Origin: Candidatus Geothermarchaeota archaeon
GTDB lineage: Archaea; Thermoproteota; Nitrososphaeria; Geothermarchaeales; JDFR-13
Direction: 5' to 3'
Length of the DNA: 47,594 nt
NCBI GenBank assembly: GCA_015522055.1
Contig: WAMZ01000094.1
Location: 1-47,594 of the forward strand
The notes beneath the pieces are model-generated. The model did no database searches. It was not told where the DNA came from and saw only the letters and a program-made list of their open reading frames with translations. Positions 18,667-28,021 of this stretch are shown piece by piece. The translations under genes were made by a program, and so were the position numbers. How positions within the stretch are numbered: the stretch's first letter is position 1; the number at the start of each line of letters is the position of its first letter.

Positions 18667-19470
18667 TTAGGCGGAGAATATAGAGTCTAGAATCAACATT
18701 ATGATGAATCCTATTAGGAGCCCTATGGTCGCCTGATCCTCGAAGCCATGCCTATGGGTCTCCGGGATAATCTCATGGCTAACCACGAATATCATCATAC
18801 CCGCTGCGAAGCCTAGTGTATATGGGAGGAGGAAGTTGGCGACCGAAGTTAGGAATATGGGTATCAAGGCCATGATGGGTTCTGAGGCTCCACTCAATAA
18901 ACCTATTAGCAATGCACTCCTACGCCTAACACCGATCCCGACGAGTGGGAGTGAGACGGTTAGGCCCTCAGGAATATCCTGGATACCTATGGCTATCGCC
19001 GTCAATATACCCTCCCTTATGCTATATGATACACTTGCCCCGACAGCCAACCCCTCAGGGAAGTTATGTATAATCACCGCCAAGACCAACATCCATACAG
19101 CCTTTATACGCTCCCTAAACCGCTCACCACCCTCGACACCCTTAATCATATGCAGATGAGGCAGGAACCTCTCTATCCCAATGATAGTTATAGCACCTAT
19201 AATGAATCCAATTACTACGGGGAATGTCCCTCCCACCTCGATCCCCGGCAGAATAAGGCTGGTGAAGGCGGCGACAAGCATGATTCCTGCTGAGAATCCA
19301 AGCCCAATATCCAGCATCGACTTGGAGACCCTCGATCCCAAGGCAGATGGAACAGCCCCCAGGAAAGTAAGTATCATACATATGGTTCCAGCTAATAGAC
19401 CAGCTATAAGTCTATTCCCAGCACTAACGCCCACTATGAAATCAACCAAAAATTCGAATGCCACCTTCAA
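18667..19470 (-). CDS. zupT: ZIP-family divalent metal transporter (ZupT-like)
   Basis: HNFPEGLAVG and QDIPEGLTVS motifs. About 8 TM helices, 267 aa. Confidence 0.8.
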   Translation of the reverse strand: MKVAFEFLVDFIVGVSAGNRLIAGLLAGTICMILTFLGAVPSALGSRVSKSMLDIGLGFSAGIMLVAAFTSLILPGIEVGGTFPVVIGFIIGAITIIGIERFLPHLHMIKGVEGGERFRERIKAVWMLVLAVIIHNFPEGLAVGASVSYSIREGILTAIAIGIQDIPEGLTVSLPLVGIGVRRRSALLIGLLSGASEPIMALIPIFLTSVANFLLPYTLGFAAGMMIFVVSHEIIPETHRHGFEDQATIGLLIGFIIMLILDSIFSA

Positions 19471-19634
19471 TCAACCAATCCGAGGAGAAATGAATAATAA
19501 AATAATAATCTAATGAGTGGTAAAATATTTAAAATTGATTATATTAGGTTCGGATTAGATATTCGTGGCAATGACCCAGTATATATGAAGATATTTTTAT
19601 ATAGCCGAGACATATTTACCACCTTGATAGTGAT

Positions 19635-21191
19635 ATGACGGAGGAACAGGATATTAGGAACGTCATCCTCGAGGACCTAAGGAATAGTACGGAGGCCGCC
19701 GTCTCAACATTTGCAGGGGAATACATCAGGAATAGAATGATGCACTACGCAGTAACCGATGACTTCACCTTCTACCTAGCATCAATGAAGAATGACCCCA
19801 AGATAATGCATATAATAAATAATCCATCGATAAACCTGATCATCCTAAGGAAGAAAGGCGACCCAAGTAAATACATGGATGTAGGAGAGTTCTCTAAGTG
19901 GAGTGAGACCGAGGTAATAGGGACGGCGGAGCTTGTCAGGGATAAGAATGAGAGGCGTAGAGCCCTAGAGCTATTGTATAATAGGTCACCAGTTGTAAAA
20001 CTCTTGGTCGATAATAAACAGGACTCGATACTAGATATTATAAAGGTGACCCCCCATCAGATTAGGTATAAACGAGTAGCCGATATACTTAGGGGTAGGC
20101 CCCCAAACGTCATAGACTTTGCACAGCATAGGGCTAGATTCGAGGAGTTCAGCCTCCTAAAGAAGAAGCTGAAGATATGGTATAACGCGATTAGAGCCCC
20201 CTTCCTGGTGGCCGGGATCCCGTCAGTCCTCCTAGGAACGATACTGGCATATATAACCCACAATGTTTTCGACCCGATACTCTTCGTTCTGACGCTCATA
20301 GGCATAGTTATTGGTCATATATCGGTGAATCTACTAAACGACTATTATGACCATAAACTCAATACAGACGTGGTGAACCAGTCTTATATCAGGCCATTCA
20401 GCGGAGGCAGTAGGGTATTACAGATGGGGCTCCTATCCCCACTAGAAGTTCTATCCATCGGCCTAATATCACTACTCATATTCCTAGGCATAGGTATTTA
20501 TATTACGTTGATAAGGGGTTGGATAATCATAGCATTAGGCCTAATAGGCGCCTTCTTCATATACTCATATAACGCACCTCCCCTCAGACTATCAGGGAAG
20601 GGTCTGGGTGAGCTCGTCGTCGGTATATCATTCGGCATATTGATAGCCCTCGGCTCCTATGTTGTCCAGACAGGCGTTATATCATACGCACCTATATATG
20701 TCTCTATACCGGTGACGATAACCGTAGCTCTAATATTATTGATAAACGAGTTCCCTGATTATGAGGCAGATAAATCAACCGGTAGGAGGAACTTAGTTGT
20801 GATACTTGGTAGGAGGCGGGCTAGGTGGGTTTATATAGCCGGAATAGTCATACTATATGGATATATCCTAGTGGCCTCAGTCACAGGATTAATATCAATG
20901 TATTCATTGATAGCGTTGATCTCCCTACCAGCATCGATATATGCCATAAAATATTTAATGAAGTATTATGACGAGCCCAGCGAGATGATACCATCCTACG
21001 TAGCAACCATAATCACCCACTTAGGTGTAGGATTCCTACTGGTAATAGCATATATGATGCAGGCCATCCAATCAATAACCATGTTCATAACACTGGCATC
21101 CATAATAGCCCTATATGTAGCCTATGAATTACTCCAAGTGAATAGAGATCTAAAGGCCTTCCTCCTAATCAAGAGCAGGATAGCCCAATAA
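19635..21191 (+). CDS. Fusion protein: N-terminal PNPOx-like FMN-binding split-barrel domain plus C-terminal UbiA-superfamily prenyltransferase (MenA-like)
   Basis: Residues ~1-165 resemble pyridoxamine-5'-phosphate-oxidase-related proteins (NRMMHYAVTDDFTFYLASMKNDPKIMHI...). Residues ~185-518 are polytopic, with the Asp-rich motifs NDYYDHKLNTD and EFPDYEADKSTGRRNLVVILG (MenA pattern). Confidence 0.75.
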   Translation: MTEEQDIRNVILEDLRNSTEAAVSTFAGEYIRNRMMHYAVTDDFTFYLASMKNDPKIMHIINNPSINLIILRKKGDPSKYMDVGEFSKWSETEVIGTAELVRDKNERRRALELLYNRSPVVKLLVDNKQDSILDIIKVTPHQIRYKRVADILRGRPPNVIDFAQHRARFEEFSLLKKKLKIWYNAIRAPFLVAGIPSVLLGTILAYITHNVFDPILFVLTLIGIVIGHISVNLLNDYYDHKLNTDVVNQSYIRPFSGGSRVLQMGLLSPLEVLSIGLISLLIFLGIGIYITLIRGWIIIALGLIGAFFIYSYNAPPLRLSGKGLGELVVGISFGILIALGSYVVQTGVISYAPIYVSIPVTITVALILLINEFPDYEADKSTGRRNLVVILGRRRARWVYIAGIVILYGYILVASVTGLISMYSLIALISLPASIYAIKYLMKYYDEPSEMIPSYVATIITHLGVGFLLVIAYMMQAIQSITMFITLASIIALYVAYELLQVNRDLKAFLLIKSRIAQ

Positions 21192-21293
21192 CCAACACCA
21201 TTTTTATCAAACCATAGCCCACGCAAATCCAATACCAAATACACTAGAATAGCATTATTATTTAGGTCCATACAATTAAACTAAGTTGATAGT

Positions 21294-22520
21294 ATGACTG
21301 ATATAGCTATCATCGGTGGAGGAGTAATCGGGCTATCCACCGCATTATATCTAGCCGATTCAGGGTATAACGTAACGATATATGAGAAAGATAGAGTAGG
21401 CTCACAAGCATCCACGAAGAATGCCGGTCTAATAGTCCCATCCATGTACAACCCATACCCATTATCCATAGATATATTCGGGGTACTTAGACTTATAGCG
21501 TCCAGCCGCTCCCCAGTAAAAATATCGTTAAGAGGGCTTGGCTGCAAACCCATACTAGAAATATTAAAGGCAAGGAGAAGACTAGCGAATGCTGACTGGA
21601 GGATACTTAGGAGGATGGGTAGTCAAGCCATAGCCGCTGTAGAGAAACTAGTTTCACGCCTCAATATAGATATTGAGTATAGACGGGGGGATATTCTGGA
21701 GCTATACATTGATGAAGAATACCTTGATAATGCAAAAGAATACGCTAGGGAGGTAAGGATTGACGGTTTAGATGTCAAAGAATTGGAATATAATGAGATT
21801 AGGGAATTGGAGCCAAGTATTACGGAAGAGGTGGTCGGGGGACTAAGATATGTCTCCGATGCATCAATAGACCCAGTAAAGTATATAGAGGGGCTAAACC
21901 AACTAGCCAGAGATATGGATATCAAAACCCATGAAAACAAGCCAATAAATGAAATCCATGTAGATGGATCCAGGATAGGGATTATTAGGGATGGAAGGCT
22001 ATCGAACTATGATTGGGTAGTTTTGGCAGCTGGTCCATGGACACCCAGCCTCACGCATAAACTCGGGATAAATATTCCATTATATCCAGCCAAGGGATAC
22101 ATAGTAGAGTACACGCCGAGCATCAATGTAACGCATCAATTGATGCTGGAGGAGATCAAGGTGGTGGTAAACCCATATAGGGATAGGTTACGTCTAGCTG
22201 GAATAATGGACTTCGTCGGATTTAGAGACGAGATACCCACCAATAGACTATTTAAATTGATAGGCATGGTCAAGAGATATTTGGGAGGCTTCGAAATATC
22301 CAAACCAATCAAGGTGGACTATGCATATAGACCATGTACCCCCGATGAGATACCACTAATAGGCCCCTTACCCAAATATAGAAACTTGATAATAGCTACT
22401 GGCCACTGCAGATTCGGGCTAACCTTCTCAGGATTAACTGCACTAATAGTGAAGGACTACATCGAGACCGGTAGAATGAAACCGGAGTACCAGATATTTA
22501 ATCCAGTGAGGATACTCTAA
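21294..22520 (+). CDS. FAD-dependent oxidoreductase, DAO family (D-amino-acid dehydrogenase / glycine oxidase-like)
   Basis: N-terminal IAIIGGGVIGLSTALYLA plus YEKD, and C-terminal ATGHCRFGLT. Confidence 0.75.
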   Translation: MTDIAIIGGGVIGLSTALYLADSGYNVTIYEKDRVGSQASTKNAGLIVPSMYNPYPLSIDIFGVLRLIASSRSPVKISLRGLGCKPILEILKARRRLANADWRILRRMGSQAIAAVEKLVSRLNIDIEYRRGDILELYIDEEYLDNAKEYAREVRIDGLDVKELEYNEIRELEPSITEEVVGGLRYVSDASIDPVKYIEGLNQLARDMDIKTHENKPINEIHVDGSRIGIIRDGRLSNYDWVVLAAGPWTPSLTHKLGINIPLYPAKGYIVEYTPSINVTHQLMLEEIKVVVNPYRDRLRLAGIMDFVGFRDEIPTNRLFKLIGMVKRYLGGFEISKPIKVDYAYRPCTPDEIPLIGPLPKYRNLIIATGHCRFGLTFSGLTALIVKDYIETGRMKPEYQIFNPVRIL

Positions 22521-22554
22521 CCTTTATAACAATGCATAGACTTGATAGCTTTAT

Positions 22555-23070
22555 ATGGCTAGATGGCTACTACTTATAGACCTAGATGGGACCCTATGGA
22601 GCCACACAGACATATCACTCCTAACACCACCCTTCAAAAAGATAGATGAAAACGTGATTATAGACAGGTATGGCGAACGCATCGAGCTGAATAGGGAGAT
22701 GGTAAAGTTTATAGAGTGGGCGAGGGCAAACCATGCCGTAACATCAACATTGTCATGGAACATCTATGAAATAGCGTACGAAGCCATAAAGGCATTCGGT
22801 GTAGACGGAATGTTCGACTACTTCATGATAGACACTACGCCGAGGAAGGACCTAATGATAAAGAATCTCTTATACAGAATAAAGAAAGATATGGGGATCG
22901 ACATAGCTCCTGAGCAGATGGTATACATAGATGACAGAGATATACATATCGATGACATCTGGAGCAACGTTGGTAAAGTATTCTTCATAAGATATATCTG
23001 GGGCTCGATGGACTCAGATTACCTAATAAAGAAGGTTAAGAAATACTTGGAATCTACCGGAATACTATAG
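22555..23070 (+). CDS. HAD-superfamily phosphatase, magnesium-dependent phosphatase-1 (MDP-1)-like
   Basis: Motif I LIDLDGTLW (DxDxT followed by LW, as in MDP-1) and a late YIDDRD motif. 171 aa. Confidence 0.6.
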   Translation: MARWLLLIDLDGTLWSHTDISLLTPPFKKIDENVIIDRYGERIELNREMVKFIEWARANHAVTSTLSWNIYEIAYEAIKAFGVDGMFDYFMIDTTPRKDLMIKNLLYRIKKDMGIDIAPEQMVYIDDRDIHIDDIWSNVGKVFFIRYIWGSMDSDYLIKKVKKYLESTGIL

Positions 23071-24027
23071 ACCTTTTCTCCTCAAGTATTCCTCGATCGC
23101 ATTAGCCCTCCTCGTAACCTCATCCCTGCCGAATCCATATCTATCCATCAGAACCTTCACTACTGGACCGACTACAGGATACTCGACATACCTCCCAATT
23201 GAATATCCCTTATCCAATAGCATGCGTATAAAGACATCCCTGTAAAAAAGGCAGTTGAATAGCCCACCAGTATAGTGTACAGGACCCTTCAAACCCACTT
23301 TTCTAGCCACAGCCTCAACAGAGAATACAGCCTCAGAGACAGCATCCAAGAATATACGCTTAACAACTGGGTCGTCAACCAATATACAGCCGAGCCTAGC
23401 GAGGCCAGCTATATCATCCACCCCAGCCTTATAGACCCAGTCTAGGAGATCCTCCCAATCACCCAGCCCGAGCTCAGAGAGCACCGCCCTATATAGAGTC
23501 TCGGACCCCCCACGGCCATCAACATATCGAAATACATTATTTAAGATAGAGACGCCTATGCGGTAGGCGGAAGCCTCATCCCCAATCCTCCAACCCCAGT
23601 CACCAGCCTTGGCTGAGACCCTATTATTTGAGCCATATACATTGAAACCGGTACCAGCTATAACCACGATACATGGCTCCCCGAATCCAGCGGCATAATA
23701 CAGCGCCTCAACATCATGCATGACCAACGTATCTACATCACCCGGTACAACAGATTTAACAATATCATTCCACACCATCCAGTCATACTTAGTATCGAGA
23801 CCGGCTACCCCCATAGCTATAGCAGAGACACCATCAAGTTCGATACCACCCAAAATAGACCTAAATCTATCCAACACCTCATCAACAGTCATATCATGAA
23901 GCTTACAAGCAGGACCAACCTCAACATCCAATACAGAATCATTATCTAAATCATAAACAACGACAATGGTTTTTGAACCTCCGAAATCAATAGCAATTAA
24001 AATTCTGGGATTCATCTGTCTACTCAC
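23065..24027 (-). CDS. BadF/BadG/BcrA/BcrD-type ATPase (N-acetylglucosamine-kinase-like, ASKHA fold)
   Basis: N-terminal phosphate-1 motif ILIAIDFGGSKT, VIAGTGFN, and GDWGWRIGDEASAY typical of this family. Confidence 0.65.
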   Translation of the reverse strand: MSRQMNPRILIAIDFGGSKTIVVVYDLDNDSVLDVEVGPACKLHDMTVDEVLDRFRSILGGIELDGVSAIAMGVAGLDTKYDWMVWNDIVKSVVPGDVDTLVMHDVEALYYAAGFGEPCIVVIAGTGFNVYGSNNRVSAKAGDWGWRIGDEASAYRIGVSILNNVFRYVDGRGGSETLYRAVLSELGLGDWEDLLDWVYKAGVDDIAGLARLGCILVDDPVVKRIFLDAVSEAVFSVEAVARKVGLKGPVHYTGGLFNCLFYRDVFIRMLLDKGYSIGRYVEYPVVGPVVKVLMDRYGFGRDEVTRRANAIEEYLRRKGL

Positions 24028-24132
24028 ATAAAATTAAAATTGCATCATGAACAAATTTAATTGACCTCTACAATGTATTTCCATTTTTTATAGCTTAGTA
24101 GAGCGTAGTATCATCTACTAGTTAAATCATTT

Positions 24133-25092
24133 TTACATTGAACTAACATTTCCAACCTTCCTATAAATATATAATAGTATGAAGGCAAATAATGCGCCTA
24201 TCAATGTCATGCCAGTTGGATCATCACTCCTTTCCATAAGGAATTCGTGGATTGGTGATAATATTATAAATAGGGTTAGGGGGCCTATGCATAGAGCCAA
24301 CCTATTTCTATCCTCGATACTGTTGGGTGTCAAGTTTGAGTATAATTTAACCGTGAATATCAGATAGGATATTATTAGTATTAGCTCGATGATGATTGGG
24401 ATGCCCATATTGGGTAGGCCAAATGATATTACATAGAATAATGTCATCCATATTAAGCCTGCCAACCAGAATTTTATTGGTGGACCACGTATCTTTATGG
24501 GTCTGAAACTAACTCTTCCAGATATTTTTACCAAAAATAGAATTAGTGTAATTGTTGCTACATAGTGGATCAATGTAGGGTGATAGTCCATAGTCAATAA
24601 GATATTCAATATAGCTACATCGGATAAGAATATTCCTAGGATTATTTTTATGGTTCTATTTTTAGTGACCCATATCTTATTTGATATGTCGCTAAATAGT
24701 GTCTCGGTTATGGCGATTGGTATTAGGATACTTATTATAGCGTGGTATATGGTTAGTGATATGGCCCATATCCAATTCACCCCGAAAAATCGGCCATACT
24801 CACCGAGTATTCCAATGTCTTGCCAGGCTGGATTAAAGAAGCTTTTAACAGCAATACCTTCTTCTAGAACCCCATAAGCCATACCCAAAATAATTATAGA
24901 CGAATAACCTAGGTTATTCCGAACCCTATATTCCCTGATGAGTAATGCACCGAACCCATATAACCCCACAAGGAGAGCGAATACAATCGGATCGAAAAAC
25001 TCCGATGGGGGCGCAGAGGACGATAACAGCTCAGCTATGGATGGAGACAATAGAACTAGGAATACTGCGGCTATAGACTGTCTTGACACCAT
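24133..25092 (-). CDS. Polytopic integral membrane protein of unknown function
   Basis: About 9 predicted hydrophobic helices in a long uninterrupted ORF with local codon bias. I recognise no catalytic motif. Confidence 0.5.
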   Translation of the reverse strand: MVSRQSIAAVFLVLLSPSIAELLSSSAPPSEFFDPIVFALLVGLYGFGALLIREYRVRNNLGYSSIIILGMAYGVLEEGIAVKSFFNPAWQDIGILGEYGRFFGVNWIWAISLTIYHAIISILIPIAITETLFSDISNKIWVTKNRTIKIILGIFLSDVAILNILLTMDYHPTLIHYVATITLILFLVKISGRVSFRPIKIRGPPIKFWLAGLIWMTLFYVISFGLPNMGIPIIIELILIISYLIFTVKLYSNLTPNSIEDRNRLALCIGPLTLFIILSPIHEFLMERSDDPTGMTLIGALFAFILLYIYRKVGNVSSM

Positions 25093-25352
25093 AAAATAAT
25101 GAATAATTTCACCCGACCATTAACCGTTGCACATATTAATTTCATATTTAAAATCTTTCGTAGACACAGCTCAATGTGTAAATAGGGCATAAAAAGAACT
25201 GGATAAAAATCTCGAGAAATTAAGATTTATATAGTTCAAAATATTGACTAGGATAATATTTCGATTTCAATTTTCAGCTGGAAGTAGATAGATATACTAT
25301 GATACAGCCACAGATTTGATTTTAAATAAAGAAAACAAACGATGTTTATAGT

Positions 25353-25432
25353 TGTACCCGCCCCCAGGCGCCCCCGCTTCATCCGCCAATAATTTGTCCC
25401 CCTTGGCTCGCGGAGGGTTTTAGGGGCGGGCT
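25353..25432 (-). ncRNA. Candidate single-hairpin box H/ACA guide sRNA
   Basis: An isolated GC-rich island in a 392-nt AT-rich spacer. The minus strand reads AG-CCCGCCCC(U)-AAAAC-CCUCCGC-GAGCCAA...UUGGCGGAUGAA-GCGGGGG-CGCCU-(G)GGGGCGGG-UACA. The lower stem is 8-9 bp and the upper stem 7 bp, with G-U pairs that exist only on the minus strand. There is a 5+5/6+6 nt internal pocket and a GAUGA/CGAG K-turn-like element. An ACA triplet (25353-25355) directly follows the lower stem, about 15 nt from the pocket top. A TATA-like TTAAAAAT (25456-25463) sits about 28 nt upstream, and U-rich tracts (UUUGUUUUCUUUAUUU) lie just downstream. Confidence 0.5.
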
Positions 25433-25484
25433 AATATTAATCTTTCTATTGTCAGATTTTTAAGGATTGTGTACTCTCTTGATT

Positions 25485-26117
25485 TTAGTAGTATACTGGG
25501 TGATACCTCACTCTGTAGTAAATTCTTCTTAGCCTATTTACATTTAGGTATCCTATGATTAGCCCGGCTAGGAAGCCTCCGGCGTGTGCTATGAAGTTTA
25601 TGCCTGGCATTATACTGTTCAGTAGGACTATGAAGAATCCGTACATGATTGTGTTGTATATGTTTCCACCTGCATATGCCTGGATAATTATTAGTGCCCC
25701 GAATATCCCGAATACTGCTCCGCTGGCTCCAGCGCTATTTGTTATTGGTGGCAGCAGAAAGAGTGATAGAACATTTCCCGCTAATCCCGTGAGTATATAT
25801 GTTTTTACTAGGCTGATTCCTCCGAATATCCTTTCGTACTGGCTTCCCAGGATTAGTAGCCAGAACATGTTAAGGGCTAGGTGCATAATGTCGAAGTGTA
25901 TGAACATAGCTGTGAATAGTTGCCATATCCATAGCCTATACCATACGAATACATTGACTTGCCCTAGGATTATCATTGGTGCAGTATTCCTTAGGTCTAG
26001 TATGTTGCCTGACCATATACCAGCAAATACATATACTGCTATGTTTATGATTATTAGCCAGAATGTAGCTGTATTCCTCCTTGTACCATACTCAAAGGCG
26101 CTGTACACATCCGACAC
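25485..26117 (-). CDS. Rhomboid-family intramembrane serine protease
   Basis: HFDIMHLALNMFWL (HxxxN region), catalytic GASGAVFG, a downstream AHAGG histidine, and 6-7 TM helices. Confidence 0.8.
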   Translation of the reverse strand: MSDVYSAFEYGTRRNTATFWLIIINIAVYVFAGIWSGNILDLRNTAPMIILGQVNVFVWYRLWIWQLFTAMFIHFDIMHLALNMFWLLILGSQYERIFGGISLVKTYILTGLAGNVLSLFLLPPITNSAGASGAVFGIFGALIIIQAYAGGNIYNTIMYGFFIVLLNSIMPGINFIAHAGGFLAGLIIGYLNVNRLRRIYYRVRYHPVYY

Positions 26118-26194
26118 CTAGGTATAATTAAGTTATGGATAGATATTGTTGATATACCTGATTAATAAATGATTCACTGTTTTTTCTATACATC

Positions 26195-28012
26195 CTATGG
26201 AGTAATCTTTGGGTAGCCCCGCTCATCCCAGCCCCTCAGCTCATAATAATATCTAAGCATACTCCTCATCTCATCTTCCGTGATCCAATATTCACGCCCA
26301 TCCTTGAGCTTAACGGGCTCCTTGAAGAATTTTTCGGGGAGCATGTCATCCTTCTCTGGGACTATCCCTGCCTCGATATTGAATAGTCTGATCATGGTCC
26401 TGGTCTCGTTAGCAACTTTCTTCAATTCATCCTTATTCCAATCCCTTCCAGTCAAAGCCTTAATCATTTCGATAGTATTGTCCCATGTATACATCATCCT
26501 AGCGAATCTACATACGACTAGGCTATCATGGAGTGATAGTAGGTCCTCCTTATCCACTATAAATTCTATCTTCTCCCTACTCGTGTCATCTGGGTCTATG
26601 TCGCCCCTTATCTCATAGGCATATGCAGTCGTCCTGAGATGCCCACCTCCCCTAGTACCTATACCATAGCTTATCGCCATACCCTTGAGCCTACGTGGGT
26701 CGTAGGCGCTGAGTGACAAGCCTTTTACATGGACTGCAAGGTCGCTTAGGCCAAGCTTCTCACCAGCCTGCTTAATACCCTCACCCAACACCTCACCTAC
26801 ATCCTTCCTCTCCATTATTAGCTGGAAGAGGTTTAGTATAGCCTCGTAGTCGCCGTAGCTGATTGGGAATGGGAGTTTAAGCCTACCCTCATTATATGCT
26901 TCTATTGCGAAGGCTATTATGTTTCCAGCGTCTATGGTATCTACACCATATCTGTCGCATAAGACGTTCAGGGATATGATCTTGTCATGCCCTGATATAC
27001 CAGCGTTGGCTCCGAAACTGAAGATAGTCTCATACTCAGGTCCCTTGGTTACAAGTCCCTTGAACACGCCGTCCTTAACCTTGCTTATATGGCCGCATGC
27101 GAATGGGCAATTGTAGCATGCCACGTTGTGGTCGTAATATTCGTTCAAAAGTTTATCTGGGTCGATGGATTCGAAATTGGGTGCCTGGCCGTACCTCCAG
27201 TATCTAGATGGGAGGAAACCCATCTTCTGAGCCGGTATAAGAGTGGCTGGGGTCCCATACTTACGGTATGTAGGCGCGCCGGTCTTTGGGTCGGTGGCTA
27301 TCATCCTACCAATCTTCTTAACAAACTTCTTTAGTAGATCATCGCTATATACATCGACATGCCTCCTAGACGGCTTTAGCACAATTGCCTTCAGCTTCTT
27401 ACTCCCCATAACCGCTCCTCCACCGACCCTACCCGCCTTCGACTCCCTCTTACGCTCACCATAGCCATGGCTGATGACAGCGTATCTAATCAGTTTCTCC
27501 CCGGCAGGGCCTATCTCCGCAACCTCTATATCATGCCCATGCCTCTTCTCCAGTGCCTTCTCAGTCTCCTCAGTATTGAGGCCCCAAAGCCCACTTGCGT
27601 CCATGATATCCACGTATTCATCCTCTATATAGAGGTATACAGGCTTATCCGAGGCACCCCTAATAACTAGGTAGTCGATGCCTAGCCACCTAAATGCAGC
27701 GGGGAAGTTGCCACCCATGAAGCTTTCTCCAAATATGTTTGTCAGCGGGCTCTTGAAGAAGAATCCGATCTTGGATGCTAAAGGAACCTTCGACCCAGTG
27801 GCAGGACCGGCCGCTATGAAAAGTATGTTATCGGGGGATAGTGGGTCAATCTTGGGATCCAAATTTTTATATAGGTAGTATGAGGCGAGCCACTTCCCAC
27901 CTATATATTTTCCCAATATTTCTTCATTGGGCCTACCCTCCTTAATGTCACCCGAGGACAGGTCTACCTCAATATATCTGCCGCCATAACCCGGTATAGC
28001 CATATGACCCAC
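26195..28012 (-). CDS. aor: Tungsten-containing aldehyde:ferredoxin oxidoreductase (AOR family)
   Basis: N-terminus GYGGRYIEVDLSSG, [4Fe-4S] motif CYNCPFAC, 605 aa with AOR-family domains throughout. Confidence 0.9.
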   Translation of the reverse strand: MGHMAIPGYGGRYIEVDLSSGDIKEGRPNEEILGKYIGGKWLASYYLYKNLDPKIDPLSPDNILFIAAGPATGSKVPLASKIGFFFKSPLTNIFGESFMGGNFPAAFRWLGIDYLVIRGASDKPVYLYIEDEYVDIMDASGLWGLNTEETEKALEKRHGHDIEVAEIGPAGEKLIRYAVISHGYGERKRESKAGRVGGGAVMGSKKLKAIVLKPSRRHVDVYSDDLLKKFVKKIGRMIATDPKTGAPTYRKYGTPATLIPAQKMGFLPSRYWRYGQAPNFESIDPDKLLNEYYDHNVACYNCPFACGHISKVKDGVFKGLVTKGPEYETIFSFGANAGISGHDKIISLNVLCDRYGVDTIDAGNIIAFAIEAYNEGRLKLPFPISYGDYEAILNLFQLIMERKDVGEVLGEGIKQAGEKLGLSDLAVHVKGLSLSAYDPRRLKGMAISYGIGTRGGGHLRTTAYAYEIRGDIDPDDTSREKIEFIVDKEDLLSLHDSLVVCRFARMMYTWDNTIEMIKALTGRDWNKDELKKVANETRTMIRLFNIEAGIVPEKDDMLPEKFFKEPVKLKDGREYWITEDEMRSMLRYYYELRGWDERGYPKITP

Positions 28013-28021
28013 CAGCCCAAT

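Noticed and set aside
24096-24120. 7-bp inverted repeat TAGTAGA-N11-TCTACTA downstream of the membrane-protein gene
   Set aside because: The stem is short and AT-rich, and no U-tract follows it on the transcribed (minus) strand. It could be a weak terminator or simply chance.
25357-25430. GC-rich hairpin considered as a tRNA or as a simple terminator of the rhomboid gene
   Set aside because: Neither strand shows a cloverleaf, a T-loop (GTTCRANYC) or an acceptor/anticodon arrangement. The internal pocket, K-turn-like element and ACA position fit an H/ACA guide better than a plain terminator.
25555-26121. 188-aa plus-strand ORF fully overlapping the rhomboid protease gene
   Set aside because: It is antisense to a gene with clear catalytic motifs. 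Its product is low-complexity and Pro/Ser/Ile-rich with no motifs. This is a typical shadow ORF.
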